Positions 31,326 to 41,834 of a stretch of 64,000 nt of DNA are shown one piece after another; the stretch's first letter is position 1, and every line of letters starts with the position of its first letter. The translations under genes were made by a program, and so were the position numbers. The stretch covers positions 159,305 to 223,304 of the forward strand of contig JBKBRF010000001.1 in assembly GCA_046292385.1 (NCBI GenBank), read 5' to 3'. The stretch comes from Armatimonadota bacterium (GTDB lineage: Bacteria; Armatimonadota; SYMT01). The notes under the pieces are model-generated. The model was not told the DNA's origin and ran no database searches. It was given only the letters and a program-made list of their open reading frames with translations.

Positions 31326-33077
31326 ATGGCTCTTGATTCTGTGCTGCCGGCAGCTTCTCTCCCAAACGCCGCCGAGACACATCCGTCTCTCTCATTTCGC
31401 CTCGAGGCAAACTCGTGCGCCGAGAACCTGATCCCGCCGGGTTTTCGGTTCGCGGGCACGGTGGATGGCTACGCACTCTACCAATTCGGGCCCGTCGTAG
31501 CGTTTGGCAGCGCTCCGTGCCGCTCGATCGAAGACTACATCCTCCAATTCTCGGGCGTGGGCGCGATTGCTATCGCGATCCCGCAAGCCCCCGATAACCG
31601 GCCGGATCACGTGCTGGTCTTCAGCGATGTCTACGGACTGACGGACTACTTCTGGACTACTGACGGCCAGAGTGTCACCGTATCCCGGGAGATTGCCAGC
31701 CTGGTGGATGACACCACCGCGATCGATGAAGTGAGCGTCTTCGATCTCTTCTTCAGGGGTGTCGTACCGTTCGAATTCACCGCGTACAGCGGTGTGAAGA
31801 AGAACATGCCGCTCTCCTACCTCCGGGTTGGTCTGCGGACACACACGTCGGTAGAATACCGGACCGTGGTGCCGGCTTCCGATCCCACCCGCACGGTGCA
31901 GGAGTTCAGGGAAAGTATGGAGGCATCGCTTGCGGTTCTAGGGAAGCACTATGCCAACCCACTTCTCTACTTCTCGGGAGGGTCTGACTCTACCGCACTC
32001 CTGCGAGTACTACCTTCTGGCTTCCAGCAGTTCGGGGCGGTCCACTTCCATAATGTAGACAACCAACTGCAGGAGGCTTACGACCGCGCCAGACAGCTCG
32101 TTACCCTCTCTGTGGTTCAAGGCACCATGGCCGGCCGATGCCGGGATCTCGGACGCATGCCGGGTGCTATCCATGCTGGTTTTCGGGCCTTCGGCCAGAT
32201 GGCGGAGCACGCGCAGTCACATGGACATGACTGCATACTCACCGGTCAGAACGCCGATAATGTATCGCAATTGGGCAATACCCGTATCGTCACTCCGAGG
32301 AACATCCTGCGTAATTTGCTTCTCCACGGGACGACCGGGAACGTAGCGAAAACGTATCTGACCCGCACCGTTACAAACCACTTCGAGCAGGTGAGCCGGC
32401 GCCTCAGGCGTTTCTACTGCGATCACATTCTAACCTACCGGGGTGAAGAACCTGGGCTCTCGATGCTGAAGGTGTTCGCGAGCTATTGCAACTCAAATCC
32501 GTTCTATCGTGACTTCGCCAGCTTCGGATTCTTGCCCGAGAGCGTACACCGGCGGTGGTGGGAACGCCTGGAGGCAAACGCGACGTTGGTTAATTCACTG
32601 GAAGGGCTGAGTCTGCGTCAGAAGATGCTCGTGCTCTTCAGTCGCTGTTACATCATTGCTGGTGATGCAAAGGTGATCGTCACCACGGGAGCCGCGGCGG
32701 GGCTTCCTAGCTGGCAGGTCTACACTACGCCTCCCGTCTATCGCTACTTCTTCAACTACCGTCCGCCCGCACGGGACATTCTGAAGCCAAAGCGGACGAT
32801 ACGGGAGTTTGCGAACGTTCGCAGGGCACCGGCGGTGAGTGTAGAGTCCATCGTGAACGACCAGCAGCGGGTGAGACGCTTCGCAGGTCGGGATGTGTAT
32901 CCGGTGAATCCAGAGGCACCCTTCGAGATCGAGCTCCAGGAGCTGCAGTCGCTGTTCCCCTGGATCCATACCGGCTCGCTTGCCTCTGTAGAGAGATACG
33001 CAAGGCCGCGGGAGAATACGATATCGCACATCTACGGGCTGGTGACGAAGGACTTCACGCCTCGCCTGTCTCCGTGA
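31326..33077 (+). CDS. Asparagine-synthetase-related ATP pyrophosphatase-domain protein
   Basis: FSGGSDS PP-loop, LTGQNAD, degenerate N-terminal GATase-like region (SDVYG). Confidence 0.6.
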   Translation: MALDSVLPAASLPNAAETHPSLSFRLEANSCAENLIPPGFRFAGTVDGYALYQFGPVVAFGSAPCRSIEDYILQFSGVGAIAIAIPQAPDNRPDHVLVFSDVYGLTDYFWTTDGQSVTVSREIASLVDDTTAIDEVSVFDLFFRGVVPFEFTAYSGVKKNMPLSYLRVGLRTHTSVEYRTVVPASDPTRTVQEFRESMEASLAVLGKHYANPLLYFSGGSDSTALLRVLPSGFQQFGAVHFHNVDNQLQEAYDRARQLVTLSVVQGTMAGRCRDLGRMPGAIHAGFRAFGQMAEHAQSHGHDCILTGQNADNVSQLGNTRIVTPRNILRNLLLHGTTGNVAKTYLTRTVTNHFEQVSRRLRRFYCDHILTYRGEEPGLSMLKVFASYCNSNPFYRDFASFGFLPESVHRRWWERLEANATLVNSLEGLSLRQKMLVLFSRCYIIAGDAKVIVTTGAAAGLPSWQVYTTPPVYRYFFNYRPPARDILKPKRTIREFANVRRAPAVSVESIVNDQQRVRRFAGRDVYPVNPEAPFEIELQELQSLFPWIHTGSLASVERYARPRENTISHIYGLVTKDFTPRLSP

Positions 33078-33401
33078 AGGCGGACGAGGCGCCGGGCTCT
33101 GTTTGCGGGTTGTGTCGCTGAGCCTGCGGTAGCGGCGGGGGGACCGAAGACGGGTTCGGGTCGTCGAGAGCTCTATCGCGCGACCACCCAACAAGACCAC
33201 GGCGAGCGGCAGGACCTCCGGTTCACATGGACGCCGAGGTGGAAGCCCTGGATGGCGTTTGCGATCACGATGTCGTCCCGCCTATCGGTGGGGGGCGATT
33301 CATTGGCTGGGCAGAGTGGCTCTGAACGAGGGCACGGGCGGAGAGCTGCGGACCGGGATGACGCCAAGGGGTGAGGCGGGACCCGCTTGCGGGCCGGCGT
33401 A

Positions 33402-33541
33402 TGGAGTGCGGGAGCTTGCTGCCGCTTTGGGGAGCCGACCGTTCCCGTAGTCTGCTCTCGGGCGACCGCAAGCGGTCGCAGGTTGCGACGCGTCGTGCTC
33501 GCAGCCGGCGGTGAAAGCGGGAGCAAGCTCCCGCACTCCAA
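33402..33541. repeat. Inverted pair of REP-like palindromes
   Basis: TGGAGTGCGGGAGCTTGCTGCCGCTTT (~33402-33428) and AAAGCGGGAGCAAGCTCCCGCACTCCA (~33514-33540) are near-perfect reverse complements. Confidence 0.8.
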
Positions 33542-33985
33542 GGCCTTCGGCCGGCGTAGACGTAGGACGCTCGTGGTCTGGCGGTCGGGTGCACCAGATC
33601 GGGAGACGCTCCCGCCTCGCCGCCCTTGCGGCTTGGGGCTGCCCGATACCTGCATCGCACCGCGGTGGGGGAGTGCTCGCGCTCCACAGAGCGGCGGCCT
33701 GACCGTGCACAAGCGCGCTCCGCGATGCCGGTTGTTCACGGTACCTCCCTCCGTCCGTCTTTCATGAATGGAAACGTCGATGTGCCCGGATCTTCGCTTC
33801 CACGAGGCTCACACCTTTCGCACGCACGCGGTCGTGGAGTGATCGTCCCCACGAGGGGCAGGTGGAAGGTATCCCTGCACCGGATCCGGAAGGCTCCGCG
33901 GCTGGCGCTGGCATCCGGCGACTTTCAGCTCCACGTCAGAGGTATCATTCCGGTGGAACTGAGAGAGTGGAAGGTGGTCAGCTAG

Positions 33986-34876
33986 ATGAAGGGCATCATT
34001 CTGGCGGGCGGCAGCGGGACGCGGCTCCACCCCGTGACCCAGGCGATCTCCAAGCAGCTCCTGCCGATCTACGACAAGCCGATGATCTACTACCCGCTGA
34101 GCGTGCTGATGCTCGCCGGGATCCGGGAGATCCTGCTGATCTCCACGCCGCAGGACCTGCCCCTCTTCCGCCGCCTGCTGGGGGACGGCTCCCAGTTCGG
34201 AATCCAGCTCGACTACGCGGAGCAGCCCCGCCCGGAAGGTCTGGCGCAAGCGTTCCTGATCGGGCGGGAGTTCCTGGCCGGCGGGCCGGCCGCCCTGATC
34301 CTGGGCGACAATCTCTTCTACGGCAGCGGTCTGCCCCACGTGCTCCGGCGCGCTGCCGCGCAGACTAGGGGGGCGACGATCTTCGGCTACCGCGTGCGCG
34401 ATCCGCAGCGGTACGGGGTGGTGGAGTTCGGCCCGAACGGCGAGCCGCTCTCGATCGAGGAAAAGCCGCCGCACCCGAAGAGCGACTTCGCGGTGGTTGG
34501 GCTCTACTTCTACGACCGGGACGTGACCGAGATCGCGGCGCAGGTCCGCCCGTCCTGGCGGAACGAGCTCGAGATCACCGACGTGAACCGGGCGTACCTG
34601 GAGCGCGGGGATCTCCGGGCGGAGCGGCTGCCGCGAGGGATGGCCTGGCTCGATACCGGCACGCACGACGCCCTGCTGCAGGCAAGCAACTACATCGCCG
34701 CGATCGAGCAGCGCCAGGGTTTGAAGGTCGCCTGCCTGGAAGAGGTCGCGTACGAACTGGGCTACATTTCCACCGCGCAGCTCCTGGAGCAGGCGGAGCG
34801 GCTCAAGAATTCCGAATACGCGGAGTACCTTCGGCGACTGGCAGGAGAGTGCAGCGAGGCTCGCCGCGCGACGTAG
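33986..34876 (+). CDS. rfbA: Glucose-1-phosphate thymidylyltransferase
   Basis: [34 protein letters not shown]. Confidence 0.97.
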   Translation: MKGIILAGGSGTRLHPVTQAISKQLLPIYDKPMIYYPLSVLMLAGIREILLISTPQDLPLFRRLLGDGSQFGIQLDYAEQPRPEGLAQAFLIGREFLAGGPAALILGDNLFYGSGLPHVLRRAAAQTRGATIFGYRVRDPQRYGVVEFGPNGEPLSIEEKPPHPKSDFAVVGLYFYDRDVTEIAAQVRPSWRNELEITDVNRAYLERGDLRAERLPRGMAWLDTGTHDALLQASNYIAAIEQRQGLKVACLEEVAYELGYISTAQLLEQAERLKNSEYAEYLRRLAGECSEARRAT

Positions 34877-34903
34877 CTGCGCCCTGCGGCTGCGCAGCGG
34901 TAG

Positions 34904-35947
34904 ATGGCATCCATGACTGAATTCTCGCCTCGGAACGTACTGGTAACCGGCGGTGCCGGCTTCATCGGCTCCAACTGGGTGCGGTCCGCGCTGGCGACCG
35001 ACGCCGACGTGCGGATCGTCAACCTCGATCTCCTGACTTACGCCGGCAGCCCGGAGAACCTGCGAGACCTGCCGGATCCCGCGCGGCACCAATTGGTGGA
35101 AGGCGACATCGCCGACCGGCCTCTCGTCGACCGCCTTCTGCGCGAGCGCGAGATCGACACGATCGTTCACTTCGCGGCGGAGAGCCACGTCGACCGCTCC
35201 ATCGCGGGGCCGGACGCGTTCATCCACACCAACGTGCTGGGGACCTTCACACTGCTGGAAGCGGCCCGCCGCTGGTGGCTGGAGGAGCAACGGTTACCCG
35301 CCGCTCGCATCCGGTTCCACCACATCTCGACCGACGAAGTCTATGGGAGCCTGGGGCCCGGAGATCCGCCGTTTACGGAGGAGACCGCGTACGATCCCAG
35401 CTCTCCCTACTCCGCCAGTAAGGCCGGCTCCGATCACCTGGTGCAGGCCTATCATCGGACCTACGGGCTTCCGGTAACGATCACCAACTGTTCAAACAAC
35501 TACGGGCCGCGCCAGCACGCGGAGAAGTTCATCCCCACGATTATCCGAAAGTGCCTTGCGCAGGAGGCGATTCCGGTCTATGGCGATGGTACGAACGTGC
35601 GCGACTGGCTCTACGTCGAGGACCACTGCCGCGGCGTCGATACCGTGCTGCGGCGGGGAGACGTGGGCCGGACCTACAACATCGGCGGAAACAACGAGTG
35701 GAGCAACATCGAGATCGCCCGGCTGATCTGCCGCGCGATGGACGAGCGCTCCCCCGCGAAGGCGCCGCACGAACGCCTTATCCGTTTCGTGACGGACCGG
35801 CCCGGGCACGACTGGCGGTATGCGGTCGATATCTCTCGCATCCGGCGGGAACTCGGGTGGGAGCCGCGGGAGAGCTTCGAGACAGGCCTGGAAAAGACGC
35901 TCGACTGGTACCTGGGGGCGTGGGGTGAGGCCGGCCCGCCGGTCTAG
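34904..35947 (+). CDS. rfbB: dTDP-glucose 4,6-dehydratase
   Basis: HFAAESHVDRS, ISTDEVYG, YSASK, DRPGHDWRY. Confidence 0.97.
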   Translation: MASMTEFSPRNVLVTGGAGFIGSNWVRSALATDADVRIVNLDLLTYAGSPENLRDLPDPARHQLVEGDIADRPLVDRLLREREIDTIVHFAAESHVDRSIAGPDAFIHTNVLGTFTLLEAARRWWLEEQRLPAARIRFHHISTDEVYGSLGPGDPPFTEETAYDPSSPYSASKAGSDHLVQAYHRTYGLPVTITNCSNNYGPRQHAEKFIPTIIRKCLAQEAIPVYGDGTNVRDWLYVEDHCRGVDTVLRRGDVGRTYNIGGNNEWSNIEIARLICRAMDERSPAKAPHERLIRFVTDRPGHDWRYAVDISRIRRELGWEPRESFETGLEKTLDWYLGAWGEAGPPV

Positions 35948-35963
35948 CGCCGGGGAGACGGGG

Positions 35964-36968
35964 ATGACGATGGCAGCGGCTCTCGATCCAAGTTCCGGCG
36001 TTTCCGCCGCGGCGCCCGGTCAGGAGCTTCCCTCGGTCTCCGTCGTCGTACCGGTCTACCAGAGCGAAGGCTCTCTCCCGCTGCTCGTCGAGCGGCTGGC
36101 GGCAGTGCTCCCGCAAGTGGCCCGGAAGTTCGAGGTGGTGCTGGTCAACGACGGTAGCCGGGACCGGAGCTGGGAGGTGGTCTGCCGTCTGGCGGCCGCC
36201 TACCCGTGGGTCCGCGGCCTCGACCTGATGCGGAACTACGGCCAGCACAACGCGCTCCTCTCCGGGATTAGGGCTGCCCGCTACGACGTGATCGTGACGC
36301 TGGACGATGACCTGCAGAACCCGCCTGAAGAGATTCCGACGCTGCTGGACCGGCTGGGGGAGGGGTTCGACGTGGTCTACGGCGCTCCCCAGCGTGAGCA
36401 GCACGGACTGCTGCGCGACCTCGCCTCGAAGATCACCAAGCTGGCGCTGCAGAATGCCATGGGCGCGGAAACTGCGCGGAGCGTGAGCGCCTACCGCGCG
36501 TTTCGGTCCGATCTGCGGAACGCGTTCGTCAACTACCAGAGCAGCTTCGTGTCGATCGACGTGCTGCTTACGTGGGGCGGCTCCCGCTTCACCGCCGTGA
36601 CGGTGCGTCACGAGCCGCGGAAGATCGGCCGCTCCAACTACAGCGTCTCGAAGTTGATCCTCCACGCGCTGAACATGGTCACCGGCTTCAGCGTGGTGCC
36701 GCTGCAGATCGCAAGCATCACCGGCTTCGGCTTCACGCTCTTCGGCATGCTGGTGCTCGCCTATGTCCTCGGGCGCTACCTGATCGAAGGGGGGAGTGTC
36801 CCCGGCTTCCCGTTCCTCGCTTCGCTCATCGCCATCTTCTCCGGGGCCCAACTCTTCGCTCTTGGCGTCATCGGTGAGTACATTGCCCGGATTCACTTCC
36901 GGATGATGGAACGTCCCTCGTATGCCGTGCGAAGCGAGACGTCCCGGCCTGGCACCGGGGCGCCGTGA
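35964..36968 (+). CDS. Glycosyltransferase family 2, ArnC-like
   Basis: NDGSRD, RNYGQHNA, DDDLQNPPEE, C-terminal TMs, GEYIARI. Confidence 0.9.
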   Translation: MTMAAALDPSSGVSAAAPGQELPSVSVVVPVYQSEGSLPLLVERLAAVLPQVARKFEVVLVNDGSRDRSWEVVCRLAAAYPWVRGLDLMRNYGQHNALLSGIRAARYDVIVTLDDDLQNPPEEIPTLLDRLGEGFDVVYGAPQREQHGLLRDLASKITKLALQNAMGAETARSVSAYRAFRSDLRNAFVNYQSSFVSIDVLLTWGGSRFTAVTVRHEPRKIGRSNYSVSKLILHALNMVTGFSVVPLQIASITGFGFTLFGMLVLAYVLGRYLIEGGSVPGFPFLASLIAIFSGAQLFALGVIGEYIARIHFRMMERPSYAVRSETSRPGTGAP

Positions 36969-37744
36969 GCATCGTGATGGTTGGTAGTGAGCTCTACGAG
37001 CTGCTTCCCTGGGACTCGGAGTTCTTCGGGGTTCCCATCGCGCGGATGGTTGGACACCACGCGGATACGCACCGCCTGACAGACGCCGTGAACGGCTGCC
37101 GTGCGCGAGGCATCGCATGCCTCTACTTTCTGGCCAGCAGTGACGATCCGACGACGGTCCGGAGTGCCGAGGATTGCGGTTTCCGCCTGGTGGACGTGAG
37201 GGTGACGCTCCGCCATTCGCTGCACAGCATTCCGAAGGGCGACAGCACCGCGTCGGCCGCGTCGGACCATCCCATATTCCTAGCTTCGTCCGAGGATGCG
37301 GCAGCGCTGGCCGACCTGGTCGGTGACAGCTTTCAACACTCGCGGTTCTATTTCGACCCAGGTTTTCCGCGGGATCGCTGCCGGGCCCTCTACCGAACCT
37401 GGCTTCTAAAGAGCTGTCATGGCGGAGCCGATGCCGTGTTTGTGGCGGGTCCGTTAGACGCTCCAGCCGGCTATGCGACGTGTACGCTGCGTGACTCCGG
37501 ACAGCGTGCGGAGCTCGGATTGATGGGCGTCGCGGATGAATTCCGCGGCCGCGGCCTCGGAGTGAAGCTGGTGCGGAGCCTGCTGACCTGGTGCCAGGAG
37601 CGGGGAGTTGCCTCCGTAGACGTGGTAACGCAGGGCCGGAACCTCGCAGCACAACGCCTCTATCAGCGCTGCGGCTTTCTAACCACTGACGTGAAGCTCT
37701 GGTATCATTGCTGGTTGGATCCGGGGCAGGACCCCTACGAGTGA
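36965..37744 (+). CDS. dTDP-4-amino-4,6-dideoxygalactose N-acetyltransferase (WecD/RffC-like GNAT)
   Basis: LPWDSEFFG, SRFYFDPGF, RGRGLG, VVTQGRNLAAQRLYQRCGF. Confidence 0.85.
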   Translation: MSIVMVGSELYELLPWDSEFFGVPIARMVGHHADTHRLTDAVNGCRARGIACLYFLASSDDPTTVRSAEDCGFRLVDVRVTLRHSLHSIPKGDSTASAASDHPIFLASSEDAAALADLVGDSFQHSRFYFDPGFPRDRCRALYRTWLLKSCHGGADAVFVAGPLDAPAGYATCTLRDSGQRAELGLMGVADEFRGRGLGVKLVRSLLTWCQERGVASVDVVTQGRNLAAQRLYQRCGFLTTDVKLWYHCWLDPGQDPYE

Positions 37745-38883
37745 ACGAGCGGACCTCCATCCCTTTCAATAGGCCGTTCCTGGCCGGCAAAGAGCTGTAC
37801 TACATCGCCGAGTGCATCATGAACGGGCATGCCTCCGGCGATGGTCCGTTCACCCAGCGCTGTCGCACCCTGCTGGAGGCGGCGCTCGAGGTGCCTCGGG
37901 TGCTGCTGACCACCTCCTGCACCGCCGCGCTGGAGATGTCGGCACTGCTGCTCGATTTCCAGCCCGGCGACGAAGTGATCGTGCCGAGCTTCACCTTCGT
38001 CTCGACCGTCAACGCCTTCGTGCTGCGGGGCGCCCGGCCGGTCTTCGCCGATATCCGGCCGGATACGCTGAACCTGGACGAGGCTCAGCTCGAAAGCCTG
38101 GTGACCCCACGCACCCGCGCGGTTGTGCCGGTCCACTACGCGGGCGTGGCGTGCGAGATGAGCGCGATCGGAGACGTCGCGGAGCGTCACGGGCTGGCGG
38201 TGGTGGAGGACAACGCGCACGGTCTCTTCGGCCGCTACCATGGTCGCTACCTCGGCACCTTCGGCGCGCTTGCTACGCAGAGCTTTCACGAAACGAAGAA
38301 CTTCACCTGCGGCGAGGGGGGCGCGCTGCTGATCAACCGCCCGGATCTGGTAGAGCGGGCGGAGATCATCCGGGAGAAGGGCACCAACCGCAGCCTCTTC
38401 TTCCGCGGACAGGTCGACAAGTATACCTGGGTCGACGTCGGCTCCAGCTACCTCCCTTCGGATATCCTGGCCGCCTTCCTCTACGCGCAGCTCCAGGAAC
38501 GCGACGCGATTCAGGCGATCCGCCGCCGGATCTGGGAGGGGTACCAGGCGGGACTGCAGGACTGGGCCGAGAGCCGCGGCATTGCGCTGCCGTGGGTGCC
38601 GCCGCACTGCGAGCAGTCATACCACATGTTCTACCTGCTGCTCCCGTCGCCGGGGCAGCGCACCGAGTTCCTCACCCATCTCCGGGCGCGCGGCATCCAC
38701 GCGATCTTCCACTACCAGCCGCTCCATATCTCCGAGATGGGCCGTCGCTTCGGCGGCCGGCCGGGCCAATGCCCGGTCACCGAGTCGATCAGCGACCGCC
38801 TGGTACGGCTGCCGTTCTACGGGACGCTCTCCCCGGAGGAGCAGGGGCGGGTGATCGCCGCGGTGCGGGAGTTCAAGGGATGA
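37741..38883 (+). CDS. rffA: dTDP-4-amino-4,6-dideoxygalactose transaminase
   Basis: IPFNRP, SCTAALEM, SFHETKN, REKGTNRS.FFRGQVDKYTW. Confidence 0.92.
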   Translation: MNERTSIPFNRPFLAGKELYYIAECIMNGHASGDGPFTQRCRTLLEAALEVPRVLLTTSCTAALEMSALLLDFQPGDEVIVPSFTFVSTVNAFVLRGARPVFADIRPDTLNLDEAQLESLVTPRTRAVVPVHYAGVACEMSAIGDVAERHGLAVVEDNAHGLFGRYHGRYLGTFGALATQSFHETKNFTCGEGGALLINRPDLVERAEIIREKGTNRSLFFRGQVDKYTWVDVGSSYLPSDILAAFLYAQLQERDAIQAIRRRIWEGYQAGLQDWAESRGIALPWVPPHCEQSYHMFYLLLPSPGQRTEFLTHLRARGIHAIFHYQPLHISEMGRRFGGRPGQCPVTESISDRLVRLPFYGTLSPEEQGRVIAAVREFKG

Positions 38884-38933
38884 AGGATGAAGGATGAAGG
38901 ATGAAGGATGAAGGATGAAGGATGAAGGATGAA
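38878..38933 (+). repeat. Heptamer tandem repeat (GGATGAA)x8
   Basis: Eight exact copies; the first contains the rffA TGA stop. Confidence 0.95.
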
Positions 38934-39021
38934 TCCGAACCCTCCGTGAGCGGATGCTCCTGCTGCTCTGGAAACAGCCGTCGAGCTGTAGCACGGCGGG
39001 TCAGCACTCCGGCGCGGCCTA

Positions 39022-39114
39022 ACCCCCCAAACCCCCTTCCCTGAAGTGGAAGGGGGAGTAGCAGCATCACACCCGTAGCTTCCCTCTCCTCTCAGGAGAG
39101 GGACCGACGGTGAG
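39022..39114. repeat. REP-like hairpins (CCCCCTTCCC..GGAAGGGGG; TCCCTCTCCT..AGGAGAGGGA)
   Basis: Direct inspection; related copies at 53238-53278 and 61533-61616. Confidence 0.75.
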
Positions 39115-39454
39115 GCCCCGTGAGCAGGAGCCGCCGCCGCACTTCTCCTGGCCGCGGGTGACCGGGCGGGTCAGCGACAACTCTTACTCTTGCTCCTGCT
39201 CGCTGGCGACTCTCGCTCTCCGGCACGTCCTCGCCGGGAGCGGGTAGCATTCCCGACGGCGGGGCTTCAAGGACCCGGCTGTAGACCTCGCCGGGAGCAC
39301 CCTGTACGGCACTGCGAGGGATCGACCTCTCGGCCCGAGTTTCTCTCCAACCCTCTGTCGCTCCGTCTCTCCGTCCCCGAAGGGCGGGGACATGGAAGCG
39401 GGTGAGATAATGAGGAAAGCGCCCGCGGCCGTTCGCGGGCCTGGTGCCACGACC

Positions 39455-41518
39455 ATGCAGCGCTCCTTCCACTCGATCTACTCCCACGGCTTCGTCCGCG
39501 CGGCGGTCTGCATCCCACGGGTCACCGTGGCCGACCCGTACTTCAACGTGGACCGCACGCTCGACCTGGCCCGGGAGGTCTCCGCCCGCCACGGGGCGGT
39601 GGCGCTCTTCCCCGAGCTCGGCCTCTCCGCTTATTCGAACGAGGACCTGTTCCAGCAGGACGCGCTGCTCGACGCCTGCCTGGCGGCGCTGGCGCGGGTG
39701 GTGGAGGAGAGCCGCGGTCTCACCCCGGTGCTGCTCGTCGGAGCGCCGCTGCGGTTCGAGGGGAAGCTCTTCAACTGCGCCGTGGTGATCTACCGGGGGC
39801 GAGTGCTCGGCGTGGTGCCGAAGTCGTACCTGCCGAACTACCGTGAGTTCTACGAAAAGCGGCAGTTCACGTCCGGCCGGGATGCGGTGGCGCGCGAGGT
39901 GACCCTGCTGGGGCAGCAGGTGCCGTTCGGCAGCGACCTGCTCTTCGAGGACGAGACGATCCCCGGGTTCGTGCTGCACGTGGAGATCTGCGAGGATGTC
40001 TGGACGCCGATCCCGCCCAGCTCCTACGCCGCGCTGGCGGGGGCGACCGTGCTGGCGAACCTCTCCGCCAGCAACATCACGGTCGGCAAGGCGGAGTGGC
40101 GGCACGCCCTCTGTGCCTCGCAGTCCGGCAAGTGCCTCGCCGCCTATCTCTACTCTGCCGCCGGTCCGGGCGAGTCGACCACCGACCTGGCGTGGGACGG
40201 CCACGCGATGATCTACGAGAACGGCGAGGAGCTGGCGAGCTCCGAGCGCTTCGCGCGGGAGCCGCAGGTGATCTTCGCCGACATCGACCTGGAGCGGCTG
40301 CGCCAGGAGCGGATGCGGATGACCAGCTTCCACGACTGCGCGGGGGAGCACCGGGAGCGCCTGCAGCGGGTGCGCCGCGTTCCGTTTCGCTTCGAGCTGC
40401 CGGCTGACCCGGTCCCGCTCCTCCGGAGTGTTCCTCGCTTCCCCTACGTGCCGAGCGATCCCCGCGTGCTCGACCAGCGCTGCTACGAGGCGTACAACAT
40501 CCAGATCCACGGGTTGATGAAGCGTCTCGCCGCGACCGGTGTCCAGCGGGTGGTGATCGGTGTCTCGGGCGGCCTCGATTCGACGCAGGCGCTCATCGTC
40601 GCGGCGAAGACGATGGACCGGCTGGGGCTACCGCGCACGAATATCCTCGCCTACACGATGCCGGGCTTTGCCACCACCGAGCACACGCTGAAGAACGCGC
40701 ACCGGCTGATGCGGGCGCTCGGCGTCACCGGGGAGGAGATCGACATCCGGCCTTCCTGCCGGCAGATGCTGGCGGATCTCGGTCACCCGTTCTCCAAGGG
40801 AGATCCGGTCTACGACATCACCTTCGAGAACGTCCAGGCCGGCGAGCGAACCTCCCACCTCTTCCGGCTCGCCAACTTCCACCACGGGTTGGTGCTGGGG
40901 ACCGGGGACCTGAGTGAGCAGGCACTCGGGTGGGCGACCTACGGCGTCGGCGATCAGATGTCGCACTACAACGTCAACACCTCCGTCCCCAAGACGCTGA
41001 TCCAGCAGCTCATCCGCTGGGTGGCGCAGACGGACGAGCTGGGGAGTGAGGCGAGCGAGGTGCTGCGGTCGATTCTCGCGACGGAGATCTCGCCCGAGCT
41101 GGTCCCCGGCCGTGAGGGAGACGAGGGTCCCGCCCAGAGCACCGAGGCGAAGATCGGCCCGTACGAGCTCCAGGACTTCAACCTCTACTACGTCAGCCGG
41201 TTCGGGTTCCGGCCGAGCAAAGTCGCCTTCCTGGCGCTGCACGCGTGGGGCGAGCGGGACCGAGGCGCCTGGCCGTCGCTGCTCCCGGAGGAGCGGCGAC
41301 GCGAGTACGATCTCCCCACTATCAAGCACTGGCTGGAGGTCTTCCTCTACCGCTTCTTCCAGATCAGCCAGTTCAAGCGCAGCGCCATGCCGAACGGCCC
41401 GAAGGTCGGCTCCGGCGGCTCCCTCTCCCCCCGCGGCGACTGGCGTGCGCCCAGCGACTCCGACGCCACCATCTGGCTCGAGGAGCTCAAAGCCAACGTC
41501 CCGGATCTTGAGGGATGA
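39455..41518 (+). CDS. nadE: Glutamine-dependent NAD+ synthetase
   Basis: [20 protein letters not shown] nitrilase domain; [33 protein letters not shown]. Confidence 0.95.
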   Translation: MQRSFHSIYSHGFVRAAVCIPRVTVADPYFNVDRTLDLAREVSARHGAVALFPELGLSAYSNEDLFQQDALLDACLAALARVVEESRGLTPVLLVGAPLRFEGKLFNCAVVIYRGRVLGVVPKSYLPNYREFYEKRQFTSGRDAVAREVTLLGQQVPFGSDLLFEDETIPGFVLHVEICEDVWTPIPPSSYAALAGATVLANLSASNITVGKAEWRHALCASQSGKCLAAYLYSAAGPGESTTDLAWDGHAMIYENGEELASSERFAREPQVIFADIDLERLRQERMRMTSFHDCAGEHRERLQRVRRVPFRFELPADPVPLLRSVPRFPYVPSDPRVLDQRCYEAYNIQIHGLMKRLAATGVQRVVIGVSGGLDSTQALIVAAKTMDRLGLPRTNILAYTMPGFATTEHTLKNAHRLMRALGVTGEEIDIRPSCRQMLADLGHPFSKGDPVYDITFENVQAGERTSHLFRLANFHHGLVLGTGDLSEQALGWATYGVGDQMSHYNVNTSVPKTLIQQLIRWVAQTDELGSEASEVLRSILATEISPELVPGREGDEGPAQSTEAKIGPYELQDFNLYYVSRFGFRPSKVAFLALHAWGERDRGAWPSLLPEERRREYDLPTIKHWLEVFLYRFFQISQFKRSAMPNGPKVGSGGSLSPRGDWRAPSDSDATIWLEELKANVPDLEG

Positions 41519-41773
41519 GGGATGAATGCCGCACCTACCGCTTGCGGCGGCGCTTGGCTCGCCGGGCAGAGGGTTCTCTCGAGGCCGCAGCGGCTACTCG
41601 CGAAGCGTGAGACAGGCAGTTCCATCTCCTTATCCCCATCACATCCCCTTATCTCCTTTTCTTACACTGCTCCGGTTTGTGGAAGATGCCGAGTTGGGAG
41701 ATGTCCCAGGGGAGCCTGCTTCTCGTACGAATCCGCCACCCCTCGCAGCCCGGTACACGGGAGACCATGACAG

Positions 41774-41808
41774 AGAGGGCGCCGCCTCCGGGTGGAAGGG
41801 CGCCCTCT
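41774..41808. terminator. Stem-loop between convergent nadE and 41835-42296
   Basis: AGAGGGCGCC ... GGCGCCCTCT. Confidence 0.5.
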
Positions 41809-41834
41809 ACTCGAATCAGTTCCGCCTGGCCGGA

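Noticed and set aside
33173..33739. ORFs across the 33.1-33.9 kb spacer
   Set aside because: Translations (LECGSLLPL, SGSKLPHS) are read-throughs of the REP palindromes
33986..35947. dTDP-L-rhamnose pathway
   Set aside because: rfbC/rfbD are absent; neighbours point to dTDP-Fuc4NAc
35778..37790. 670-aa minus-strand ORF (likewise 55662-57686, 53437-55044, 58779-60134, 33809-35290, 47483-48958 and others)
   Set aside because: Antisense or off-frame shadows of clearly identified genes in high-GC DNA; Arg/Pro/Ala-rich with no motifs
38878..38933. Possible CRISPR array (also 53136-53219)
   Set aside because: Pure 7-bp tandem repeats with no spacers; no cas genes in the window
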